60,976 bases of DNA from Candidatus Woesearchaeota archaeon (GTDB lineage: Archaea > Nanobdellota > Nanobdellia > Woesearchaeales > DSVV01). Location of the stretch: contig JAGVYH010000003.1 in the NCBI GenBank assembly GCA_018303325.1, positions 1 to 60,976 of the forward strand. The letters run 5' to 3'. The translations under genes and the position numbers were made by a program. Of this stretch, positions 36,801 to 45,089 are shown one piece after another (positions within the stretch are counted from its first letter, which is position 1; each line of letters starts with the position of its first letter). A model generated the notes under the pieces. The model had not been told where the DNA came from and did not search any database. It was given only the letters and a program-made list of their open reading frames with translations.

Positions 36801-39457
36801 CAACTACAACTTATAACCCCACAACAGGAGAAAGGGAGATTACTTACATAAAAAAACCAGATGACTCACAACTACTATTACCAACATATACTTTTTCGTA
36901 TAATCATCAAACAAATAACTGGGAAGGAAAAATTGTTGGAGACCAATTGGTTGTGATTGATAATAATGGCAATATTAAATCTCTTGATGGAATAAGTTGT
37001 ACTCAAACAGATTGTGATTTTGTAGAAAATAATCTACCCGCAATATTTAATGAGATTAAAGCAAAGAGGGATTCAACCTTAGCTGAACAAGCAGGTGGGA
37101 TTGGTTATGATGATAAGAAAAAACAATTTAGCGAAGGCCAAGCACCACCAGAACCACAAGGAACATTTATCAAAATCACCACAGACAAAGATGGTGTTGA
37201 ACATTATCTTCTTCAACAAGATGGAACTCAAGTTGAGATAAATCCTTTTGTTTATAGAAATCAATTAATAACAGCAGGATTAGATGAGCAACAAACAGCA
37301 ATGTTATATGCGCAAATGTTAAAAGACCATCCTCAAGATGCAGTAAATCCTGATTATATTAAATGTAATTCTAATTGGTGTTACATAGATAAAGATGGGA
37401 TAAAAGAAGATGTTTATATTTTTAGTAAACAGGATGACAAGTCAGTATTAACGGTTTATAAAAATGGTTATGGCGAATTTGATGATTTTGACGTAAATTC
37501 TTTTGATAGCATTATATCTTACACTATTGGAGACAGTAATGAGATAACAAAAGTTACTCAGTGGGTTGGTACAGGTGAAGAGCAGGTTGTAACAACTTAT
37601 GATCCATCTAGTAAAGAGCAAACAGTTTTGTTTGGTGATGCAGAATTTAATGTAATCCCATCAGGTGTGTGGTCAGGAACAATTAATGGTCAAACAGTTC
37701 AATTTTCAAGCGAGGGTAAGTTATTAAGTGTAAGTGGAAATGATTGTATTGTAAATAAAGATGCTTGTTCTGCAGCAGAAGATCAACTAAAACCATTATT
37801 AAACCAAATACAAGGTCAAATGAAAGATACAATCGCAGCAGCTGGACAATTTGTTCAACCTCAGGAAGTGGAATTAATTCCTCCACCTTCATCTCAACCC
37901 CCTCAACCTGAACCACCACAATTAGAACAATCGCAACAAGCAGCGCTTAAAGCACAAAAAAAGAAAGAAGAGCAAGTTCAAGCAGGTGATTCAGGCACAT
38001 CAACAATAACTTATGGTGGTAACAGTCCAGCAATCGTCGAGGGAACAACAGTTAAAATGACACAAAAAGATGATGGAACGTGGAAATTAGAAGAAAAATC
38101 AGGAAAAACAGTTAAAAATCAAGAACTAAAAAAAGCACTTGGTGGCACAGTTGAAACAGATGATGATGGAAATATAATTAAAATTAAAACAAGTGATGGT
38201 GTAGAGTTATGTAATAGTGAAGAAAGTTGTAACCAAAAATTGGGTACTTCTCTCAGTAATCTCGAAGCTGGCCTAAAAAAAGTAAAAGAGAAAGAAAAAG
38301 CAGCAAAAGCAGCTGAAGAAAAGAAAAAGGAAGCAGAAGCTCCACAACCTGTCGCTCCAGTCGCAGAAGAAAAACCAAAAAGAGAAGAAAAACCCAAAGA
38401 GCCACCCAAACCCTACGCCCCACCCCAAAACGTCGCTGGTTTAGACGCAGAGGGTAGTGTTATTGCTTGTGCTGATGAAACAAAACCTTGCGAACAAAAA
38501 GACGCATCATTCGCATTTGCCCACGAAAGTATCCTCGACGGTGTTGAAGGAAGTGTTTATGTTAATGATGAAAATAAACTTTGTGCCCCTCAATCTGAAA
38601 ACTGTCAAAAAAAGAATTGTGACGACGTTAAAGGATGCAAACAAACTTCTGACGGCGACAAATATTGCACTGAATTCTCAGGGAAAACCTCATGTGTCAA
38701 TGATCCTTTAGAGGTTACAGAGCATTTTATAGAAGAATGCGCGAAGAACCAACAGTATAAAGAGGGAACATCAACCTGCGCAGGTGCAAACGCATTAAGC
38801 GAAACACTTTACCAGTCTCTCGACTTTGAATTCCGCTCAAGAGTAGAGGTTGTATTCGGCAGTTTATTTGATGATTGGTCAAACAATGCATTCTCACGAT
38901 TGGAATATTGGATGTATGACAATGTCTGCCACATGAATTATTATAATGCTGGAGAAAGCGAGGTTGATTTAATTGCAGGCGGAACAATCACACAAGAGCA
39001 TAATTTTGCGCACAATTTAAGTTATCTTGGGCCGAATGAAATCATTGTCACTTTAGGCGGAGAAAAGGAAGAGGTCAACGGCACAATATTCAGGTATGCT
39101 TTCAGTATACAAACAATTGGACCTGTGCACGGTGTCGTCTATTTATATAACAAATGCACGCAGAAGAAATCATTCTCAACGACGGGCGCAGGATGGAAGG
39201 ATGAGTTTGTCGTCAATAATCCGTTAGGTGTCCATAGAAATCATTATGCAACTGACCAATTAACATTTGACTGCGATTTAGAGGGTATAGAAGAATGCAG
39301 GTTTGACCATGCCTGTTTAAAGATTCTTGACAATGAAGGTTATGTTGCGCCATTATGCCAGAAATTAGAGGGCGATGAGATTATTCTAAACCCTGAAACC
39401 GGCGATACAAACTGCGGTGATGTTGCAAGCACAGCGCTGGGATTTAAGAAGGGGTAA
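33863..39457 (+). CDS. giant surface protein (~1864 aa): N-terminal TM, internally repeated modules, Lys/Glu/Pro linker, Cys-rich C-terminal domain
   Basis: ATG 33863 overlaps the HEPN stop (atgcctaa). TM is ALIFITLLMIVTSLVIF. Duplicated modules include YKT.TGK..., and VIPQSVYQQKLQNMAD...SCDTSSCYVGEDVYKIEKG versus VEINPFVYRNQLITAG...KCNSNWCYIDKDGIKEDVYIFSK. Confidence 0.75.
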   Translation: MPKRKFRKALIFITLLMIVTSLVIFQSPEYKKNYNNLNNGGYDNLGGDLVGMAGEGEDAESIEVKSLGVKQEKPVPLQVFTPKQGKKPVNTYYKTATGKEVFNCGASFCLKIGTSYLLIPSTVDVPVRYYGSSSQFAYAFISGKDSYPYSKEPYTTGTESAQIHFTESHKSKVDIAVTYKGKGVSLLFASTGGEDNPFQLVSVAPTSYNSGGKKLYSSIDTDGSTRLFTLEGNEKLTPLTTTEKLKSPSGEIVFISNGVVEKELVPTKVIGIYMIAEGNDLKRDEEGKPVLMDSTGAQLSKGYSQILEESHEQSLLPEEIKTKFGFQSEQTPPVTAAMGLEYIVESKPLNLKTHPLPQVSQEQPAATDYKTPTGKQIYTFNGKQGVIIGNEFIEMPSNAAVLVRDNAGNNFIVFGDKINKADDTKKGLFDQKYQYAQEQGVEVALSEQTQPYYATYGQAGSGEMHLFQAIPTGVKTNEGKPIIMMSKTGVQSYGVLTKGDFVPLEKGTKFSAGNSLVVIGKEGTGIKYVKVKGAEKYSEGYTVYEDVNGNFFAVHTDLNSYKINEGKITYSDSSTAFVKNGKIDYKLVPSANAVGFYTKTTYDQTGNEVQGLVADLFDAEGEPIKNKVVFFLSKNPALPETYLAYDHEGKAHVVSYAGGAMVDEQKVYWDDNRRVFVKLDGSIVTNQQVTYKGKDGKEYKEQLDSSGVLPPAQQAQPSALSIPENPLIKAQVALSEVTVKLDANSEIVLEALKQLGISVTDGQEEEAVKEIQNVWIKLYCSDGNCPGTCIGSMKTGICIPDGKPGDKTKAFMGKQLLSKVIAESQPPPQQGITASIVTGTGGAQVWQYSFTDSKGQTQVIPQSVYQQKLQNMADTKTGGKLSQPQLTLLYEVMSKEHPDKMNIEQMSCDTSSCYVGEDVYKIEKGAEGKQTVKIYRGVSADGISDAQDEIDDGDYDGVTDYETQVGQVAVISFTDAETGATTTYNPTTGEREITYIKKPDDSQLLLPTYTFSYNHQTNNWEGKIVGDQLVVIDNNGNIKSLDGISCTQTDCDFVENNLPAIFNEIKAKRDSTLAEQAGGIGYDDKKKQFSEGQAPPEPQGTFIKITTDKDGVEHYLLQQDGTQVEINPFVYRNQLITAGLDEQQTAMLYAQMLKDHPQDAVNPDYIKCNSNWCYIDKDGIKEDVYIFSKQDDKSVLTVYKNGYGEFDDFDVNSFDSIISYTIGDSNEITKVTQWVGTGEEQVVTTYDPSSKEQTVLFGDAEFNVIPSGVWSGTINGQTVQFSSEGKLLSVSGNDCIVNKDACSAAEDQLKPLLNQIQGQMKDTIAAAGQFVQPQEVELIPPPSSQPPQPEPPQLEQSQQAALKAQKKKEEQVQAGDSGTSTITYGGNSPAIVEGTTVKMTQKDDGTWKLEEKSGKTVKNQELKKALGGTVETDDDGNIIKIKTSDGVELCNSEESCNQKLGTSLSNLEAGLKKVKEKEKAAKAAEEKKKEAEAPQPVAPVAEEKPKREEKPKEPPKPYAPPQNVAGLDAEGSVIACADETKPCEQKDASFAFAHESILDGVEGSVYVNDENKLCAPQSENCQKKNCDDVKGCKQTSDGDKYCTEFSGKTSCVNDPLEVTEHFIEECAKNQQYKEGTSTCAGANALSETLYQSLDFEFRSRVEVVFGSLFDDWSNNAFSRLEYWMYDNVCHMNYYNAGESEVDLIAGGTITQEHNFAHNLSYLGPNEIIVTLGGEKEEVNGTIFRYAFSIQTIGPVHGVVYLYNKCTQKKSFSTTGAGWKDEFVVNNPLGVHRNHYATDQLTFDCDLEGIEECRFDHACLKILDNEGYVAPLCQKLEGDEIILNPETGDTNCGDVASTALGFKKG

Positions 39458-39555
39458 TACCACATATACTTATTGCGTATCTTATTATCACTTTCAGATT
39501 AATAAGCGCTATTTTGAACCGAAAAAGCGAAAGCTTTATAAATATGTGACTATAC

Positions 39556-39654
39556 TATCGAGAAACATGTCGGTTATAATACGCATATTATCGAGAAACA
39601 TGTCGGTTATAATACGCATATTATCGAGAAACATGTCGGTTATAATAACCCAGC
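39556..39654 (+). repeat. 33-bp direct tandem repeat, 3 copies
   Basis: tatcgagaaacatgtcggttataatacgcatat repeated head to tail; the last copy diverges at its end. Confidence 0.85.
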
Positions 39655-39662
39655 TATGAATA

Positions 39663-39824
39663 GTATGTGCATAGCTCTCATAGGGATTATGCTACTGCCA
39701 GTTGCAGTGGCGGAAATCATGCTGTAATAATGCTGGATTTCCGTTCCCTAAAAGATAAACAGAGAAATGCCACTGCAACAAATTTGAGGCAGTAGCATAA
39801 TCCTTGAAAAAGCTATGCACATAC
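39663..39824 (-). mobile_element. T-family MITE, copy T3 (inverted orientation, different interior)
   Basis: Same terminal arms as T1/T2. Exact 8-bp flanking duplication tatgaata (39655..39662 and 39825..39832). Confidence 0.8.
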
Positions 39825-39859
39825 TATGAATAATACCTTAAACGAAGATGTGAACGAAT

Positions 39860-41131
39860 ATGATAGATGAACATAATCCTCATTGGGAAGAAGACTTTTT
39901 TTATAATCACTTTTTGTATAGAAACCTTTACAGTGAATTAGTTAAGGAATTAACTTCAAAACAGATAATCTCTCTGATAGGTTTAAGAAGAACAGGAAAA
40001 ACAACACTGTTTTATCAGCTGATTAATCACTTAATAAAAGATAAACAAATTCAAAGAAAACATATATTCTATTTTTCATTTGACGAAGAACAACCTAAAC
40101 TTTCTGATGTTATAAATAGCTATGAACTAAAGATGGGAAAAAGCATTCGTTCAATACATGATAAGCTGTATATCTTTTTAGATGAAATACAAAAATTAAA
40201 AAATTGGCAGAATCAAATAAAATATTATTATGATTTTTATCCTAATTTAAAATTCTTTGTTAGTGGCTCTGCGTCTTTGTTTATTAAAAAACATACTCAA
40301 GAATCTTTGGCAGGAAGAATATATGAATTTACATTAAGTCCTCTAACTTTTAAAGAATTTTTAACATTAAAAGGAAGAGGAGAATTAATAGACAAACAAC
40401 AATTGCTTCCAGAAGAAATAAAAAGAGAATTTCAGCGTTATCAAAAGAGGCAGTTTATTGAGATGATGAATGAAGATGAAGAAAAGATGCTGAAATACAC
40501 TAAATCGATTATAGAACAAATTATATATCATGACATCCCTTCTATTTTTCCAATAGAACAGGAAGAACTATTGTTAAAATTATTAAAAATAGTGGCTTCT
40601 CAGCCAGGAATGTTTTCAGACTATGAAAGCCTATCAAGAGAATTTGGGATACATAGAGAAACATTGTCTAATTATTTCTTTTATTTGGAAGAATCTTTTT
40701 TAACAAGGAAATTATATAATTATTCAAGAAATGCATTTACTTCAGAGAAGAAATTAAAAAGAATTTATTTAATTACTCCTGCATTTTTTTCTTATCTCAA
40801 CCCGCAAATAGAGGAATCAAAGCTTATAGAAAATTTAATTATATCCCACTTAAACGCCAAATGGTTCTGGAGAACACCATCAAAAGAGGAAGTAGATATT
40901 ATCTTGGAAAAAGGCAATGAGCTTATTCCTGTTGAAGTTAAATATGCAAATATCATTGTAAAAAAGGATTTTAAAAATCTGTTAAAATTCTCAAGGAGGT
41001 TTAAGATAAAAGAGGCGATAATGGTTACGAAAGATACAGAAGGCAGGGAAATACTTCAAACTGGCAAAAACAAGTTTCATGTGCAGCTTATTCCAGCGTG
41101 GAAATTCTGCCTGAATTATGGTGAGAAATAG
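39860..41131 (+). CDS. AAA family ATPase (AAA_14 + DUF4143-type archaeal ATPase)
   Basis: Walker A GLRRTGKTT, Walker B IFLDEIQ. C-terminal EVDIILEKGNELIPVEVKY restriction-endonuclease-like tail, typical of this family. Confidence 0.75.
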   Translation: MIDEHNPHWEEDFFYNHFLYRNLYSELVKELTSKQIISLIGLRRTGKTTLFYQLINHLIKDKQIQRKHIFYFSFDEEQPKLSDVINSYELKMGKSIRSIHDKLYIFLDEIQKLKNWQNQIKYYYDFYPNLKFFVSGSASLFIKKHTQESLAGRIYEFTLSPLTFKEFLTLKGRGELIDKQQLLPEEIKREFQRYQKRQFIEMMNEDEEKMLKYTKSIIEQIIYHDIPSIFPIEQEELLLKLLKIVASQPGMFSDYESLSREFGIHRETLSNYFFYLEESFLTRKLYNYSRNAFTSEKKLKRIYLITPAFFSYLNPQIEESKLIENLIISHLNAKWFWRTPSKEEVDIILEKGNELIPVEVKYANIIVKKDFKNLLKFSRRFKIKEAIMVTKDTEGREILQTGKNKFHVQLIPAWKFCLNYGEK

Positions 41132-41338
41132 TAGATATCGTCAACCAACAAAACATATACACCTAAAGGAGAAGGTGATTATTGCAGATTAAATGAAAAA
41201 TTATTTATTATTTTGTATTTAATCTGCAAGATTGTAAATTTAACCTAATAAGAAAAATTCAGTTAAATTTACAATAGCTATAAACCATTTTTTGCAGGAA
41301 TATGCAATAAAATCAAAAAAATTTAACGGTGATAAACA

Positions 41339-42154
41339 ATGAGCATAACACAAACAATTAAACAAACATTATCAGATACATCATTCATACAAAGTTTTCA
41401 GTGCTTTAAAAAAAATAATATTTTAAATTATTTAATTACTGTCATGTATGACCTGGCTTATTATCTTATTTTTGCGTTTGTAATATTTACGTTTATAAGA
41501 TATGTTCTGCCTCAGGCAACATTTCTTTTCAAGGCAAAAACATTTGTTGAGGGAATGCAGAATCTTCCTGCTGAACAGCTTATCTCAATGGCACAGCAAA
41601 TGGAGAACTCTATTTATTTTACCGGCGCTCTTACCTTAATCTTCATGCTTTTGATGTTATTTAGTTTCAGCTTTTTCAAGGGCTTGGTATGGTCGAGAAT
41701 ACAGAATAAGAAATATAATCTTAACTCTTTTTTAAAGCTGTGTGCTGCAAATTTAATCATCTCGTTATTCTTTGTAGGATTGTTGTTCATTGCAGTTTAT
41801 TTAATTGATCCTTCCAATCAAATGATATTTTTATTGTTGTTTGGAGTTCCTTTTACAATATACCTTTCTCATCTGGCCAATGCAGTTGTGAGCTTCTTTG
41901 CCGCAGAAAAAGTAAAGGGCATTATTCTAAACTTCCTTAAGACTGCATTTGCAAGGGTTTATTTGTTCATTATTCCTTATGCACTATTATTATTGATTCT
42001 TGTTATTTTGATAAAAGTGATGATTACAATAAACTTTTTGCCATCAAAAATATATTATCTTATCTATTTGCTTTTGTTTGTTTCTTATTCCTGCTGGGCA
42101 AAGCAGTATTTGTGGCTGGTGATAAGAAAAACTCTTGCCGTCCATAACTCTTAA
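41339..42154 (+). CDS. polytopic membrane protein (271 aa)
   Basis: Five to six long hydrophobic segments; no catalytic motif recognised. Confidence 0.55.
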   Translation: MSITQTIKQTLSDTSFIQSFQCFKKNNILNYLITVMYDLAYYLIFAFVIFTFIRYVLPQATFLFKAKTFVEGMQNLPAEQLISMAQQMENSIYFTGALTLIFMLLMLFSFSFFKGLVWSRIQNKKYNLNSFLKLCAANLIISLFFVGLLFIAVYLIDPSNQMIFLLLFGVPFTIYLSHLANAVVSFFAAEKVKGIILNFLKTAFARVYLFIIPYALLLLILVILIKVMITINFLPSKIYYLIYLLLFVSYSCWAKQYLWLVIRKTLAVHNS

Positions 42155-42207
42155 AATTACCGAAACATTTAAATATATGGTACAAAACCATAATATTATG
42201 GTTTAAA

Positions 42208-42777
42208 ATGGATAATGAAAAACTAAACATATTGCAGCTGCTGATAGAAAGCCAAGAAGAAATATTTAGTATTCGACAAATTGCTCTCAAACGAAAAATA
42301 AATTACAAATCAGCTTATCAGGCAGTGCATAAACTCAATAAAGAAGGAATTGTTGATATTACTAAACATGGTAATACTATGATTTGCAGATTTAACAAAA
42401 ACTTTAACAATTCTGTGTTTGTGGTGGAACACAATCGTCTGCAGGAATTATTGAAAAACAAAAACTTTAAAGTGATATATAATCGTTTCAAAGGAATAAA
42501 CCACCAATTTGTTTTATTATTATTTGGCTCTTATGCTAAAAAAACACAAACAAAACACTCTGATATTGACTTGCTTTTGATAGCTAATCAGGGCGAAGAG
42601 ATACAAACACAGATAAATCTTCTGCCTTTGCCGATTCACCTTACACATATAAAATATGCTGATTTTCAAACAATGCTCAAATCAAAAGAGTTTACAGTTG
42701 TGTCTGAAGCGATAAAACATAATATTATCCTTTTTGGTATAGAAGATTATTACAGGTTGATAAGCAATGCTGGTTGA
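42208..42777 (+). CDS. wHTH + minimal nucleotidyltransferase (MNT-type), paralog of 32757..33419
   Basis: LLFGSYAKKTQTKHSDIDLLLIA; N-terminal wHTH. Confidence 0.75.
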   Translation: MDNEKLNILQLLIESQEEIFSIRQIALKRKINYKSAYQAVHKLNKEGIVDITKHGNTMICRFNKNFNNSVFVVEHNRLQELLKNKNFKVIYNRFKGINHQFVLLLFGSYAKKTQTKHSDIDLLLIANQGEEIQTQINLLPLPIHLTHIKYADFQTMLKSKEFTVVSEAIKHNIILFGIEDYYRLISNAG

Positions 42778-42783
42778 TGGACA

Positions 42784-43305
42784 ATGCTTGATGAAAACAG
42801 AATAAAAGAAGCAGAAAAACAAGTTAGACAATACATTGAAGAGGGTTTACTAAAAAGATCACTGTTTCAAAAAGAGATTTACATTATTTTACTTAAAAAT
42901 GCCCACGAGAGCTTAGATATCGCTGAATTTTTACTCAAACACAATAAATCAGATTTATGGATTATTGTTACTTCATACTATGCTATGTATTATGTTGCTA
43001 ATACTGTTCTCTATAAACAAGGATACAAAGTTGGAGAAAAGATATCACATAAGATAACTGCTGATGCCTTGATTGTTTTTGTAAGAAATAAGCTAAAGAG
43101 AACATTACTTGAACATTATGAAGAAGCCCAACGGGAAGCGCTTGCTGGAATTAAAGTCGATTCTTTGCTCGAAACATTTGAGATGGAAAGAAAAAAGAGA
43201 AGTGAAGTACAATATGAAATGAAAGAATCTGAACTGCATAGTAAAGCGAAAACATCTATCATTAGGGCAAAAGAATTTATATTTGAAATGGAAAAATTGC
43301 TTTAA
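42784..43305 (+). CDS. HEPN-like partner
   Basis: Starts 7 nt after the NTase stop. All-helical, with DLWIIVTSYYAMYYVANTVL as in 33376..33870. Confidence 0.55.
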   Translation: MLDENRIKEAEKQVRQYIEEGLLKRSLFQKEIYIILLKNAHESLDIAEFLLKHNKSDLWIIVTSYYAMYYVANTVLYKQGYKVGEKISHKITADALIVFVRNKLKRTLLEHYEEAQREALAGIKVDSLLETFEMERKKRSEVQYEMKESELHSKAKTSIIRAKEFIFEMEKLL

Positions 43306-43562
43306 GAATAGGCTATCTAAAATCACAAAAAAAGAAAAATTTACAAATAAGTGTAAGTTATACTTATATATAACTATGGCTTATTGTCAAAAACAAACAA
43401 AAAGCTCTTAACATATCTGAAACATTATCCTAAAAGATTTAGAAAAATTGTCTCAAAAGAATTAGTGTGATTACTTCATAATACTAAGAAACATATATAT
43501 ATAGATATAAGATTAAATATCATTTAGTCTAATGTAAAGGTGTCAAAATTAAAGGTGTCAAA

Positions 43563-45089
43563 ATGAATAAAAGAGGCCAAATAACCATCTGGATAGTTCT
43601 AGCATTAGTTTTACTTATCTTATTTGCAATCACAGCTTATGTTCAGGATTACTTCTTTCTTAAAACAAAGGTTAAACAAATACAGGAAGTTCCTCAGGAA
43701 TTAATTCCTGTAAAAGAATTTGTTGAATCCTGCATAGAACAATCTGCGAGGGAAGCAATTGTTTTAAACTCTATTCAAGGCGGATACTTTGACATAAGAA
43801 CAAAAACATCGGGCGAATTCCCGCCTGAATTATTATCTATGCCATTAACTATCAGGTCAAAAGGAGAAGACATTCCTTTCTATATTCCTTATTATATTTA
43901 TGCAGGCGAAGATTTAATTCCTTCAATCAATGAATTAGAGGCGCAGTTTCCTAAACGAATTAAAACTTATTTATTAGACTGCCTAAACTTTTCAAAACTT
44001 TCTAATTTTAATAATCTTGAAATAAAAACTTCACCAAACCAGATGGAATTAAATGCTCAGTTTAGCAATGATTCTATCAACCTACAATTAATATATCCTC
44101 TTAAAATAAAAATTGGAGATACAACAAAAGAAATAAGTTTCTTTGAAAAAGAAGTGAAAACAACTTATTCTGAGCTATTCCAAGCAGCAAAAGAATTCTC
44201 AGAGACACAATTAGAGCACGGAAATTACATCTGCTTAACCTGTATGCAGGATGTGGCAGATAAATATGATTTATTCATTCAGCATTTTGAAACAGAGGAT
44301 TACGGCGAAATTATTTTCGAAAAAGAAGGAGATGTGACAACAAACATAAATATCATGCCAAACCACACAGTCAGCATTCTTTATCAGTTTACTAAAGAAG
44401 ATGCAACATGGCAAAACATTACTTTCCAGTTTGTTCATTTCTTTGACATAAAGGATGAATATAGAGAAAAAGGCGATTCTTTAGAGCTAACGCCGATAGA
44501 CGACATTCTGCAGGCAGAAGTTGGTTATGAATTCTCGTATCAGGCAGAAGCCGACGGCAATAATGTCAGCTTTTTCGACGATACACTTATATTTGATATT
44601 GATATGAACACAGGTTTAATCAAATTCACACCGCAAGACGAGGATGTTGGCAGTCGCATAATTAAATTCGGCGTCGTGGATAATGACGGCAATGTAAAGA
44701 CAGATACATTTATTTTAAACATAAAATCCTTAATAAACAAGCCAAGTATAGAATACATTGATTATCAAAATGCAGCTGTTGGGGAAGAATTTACTTATCA
44801 GGTTGTTGCTAAGCCTTACAGCCAGGATAATATTCCTTATAACCAGGATAATATTAATAGCGCAAACGGAAAACTCATATATTCCGACGACACAACACTT
44901 TTTGACATTGATAAAAACATAGGGATTATTAAATTCACGCCAAAAGAAAGTGATGCAGGCGAACATACAATAAAAATTACAGTTATTGACGAGAATGGCT
45001 ATCTGAATACTGCTGAAATGCTGTTGATAATAAATGAAAAATATGAAGAAGAAGGAATAGCAGAAGGTGAAGAATTTGCATCAGCATAA
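43563..45089 (+). CDS. extracellular protein with class III (pilin-like) signal peptide and two cadherin-like/He_PIG-type Ig repeats, 508 aa
   Basis: MNKRG/QITIWIVLALVLLILFAI. N-domain homologous to 25397..27712. Repeats F.YQ....FDID.N.G.IKFTP...D.G...IK..V.D..G. Confidence 0.7.
   Translation: MNKRGQITIWIVLALVLLILFAITAYVQDYFFLKTKVKQIQEVPQELIPVKEFVESCIEQSAREAIVLNSIQGGYFDIRTKTSGEFPPELLSMPLTIRSKGEDIPFYIPYYIYAGEDLIPSINELEAQFPKRIKTYLLDCLNFSKLSNFNNLEIKTSPNQMELNAQFSNDSINLQLIYPLKIKIGDTTKEISFFEKEVKTTYSELFQAAKEFSETQLEHGNYICLTCMQDVADKYDLFIQHFETEDYGEIIFEKEGDVTTNINIMPNHTVSILYQFTKEDATWQNITFQFVHFFDIKDEYREKGDSLELTPIDDILQAEVGYEFSYQAEADGNNVSFFDDTLIFDIDMNTGLIKFTPQDEDVGSRIIKFGVVDNDGNVKTDTFILNIKSLINKPSIEYIDYQNAAVGEEFTYQVVAKPYSQDNIPYNQDNINSANGKLIYSDDTTLFDIDKNIGIIKFTPKESDAGEHTIKITVIDENGYLNTAEMLLIINEKYEEEGIAEGEEFASA

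Noticed and set aside
39417-39659. ORF of 80 aa containing ILSRNMSVIIR three times; a possible CRISPR-like array was also considered.
   Set aside because: The peptide repeat is just the translated 33-bp tandem DNA repeat. The three units are contiguous with no spacers, so this is neither a gene nor a CRISPR array.
41175-41280. Two AT-rich hairpins (ttgcagattaaat/atttaatctgcaa and ttgtaaatttaac/gttaaatttacaa) after the AAA ATPase gene, considered as another repeat family.
   Set aside because: The sequences are unique in this window. They are most simply gene-end hairpins, and no second copy supports a family.
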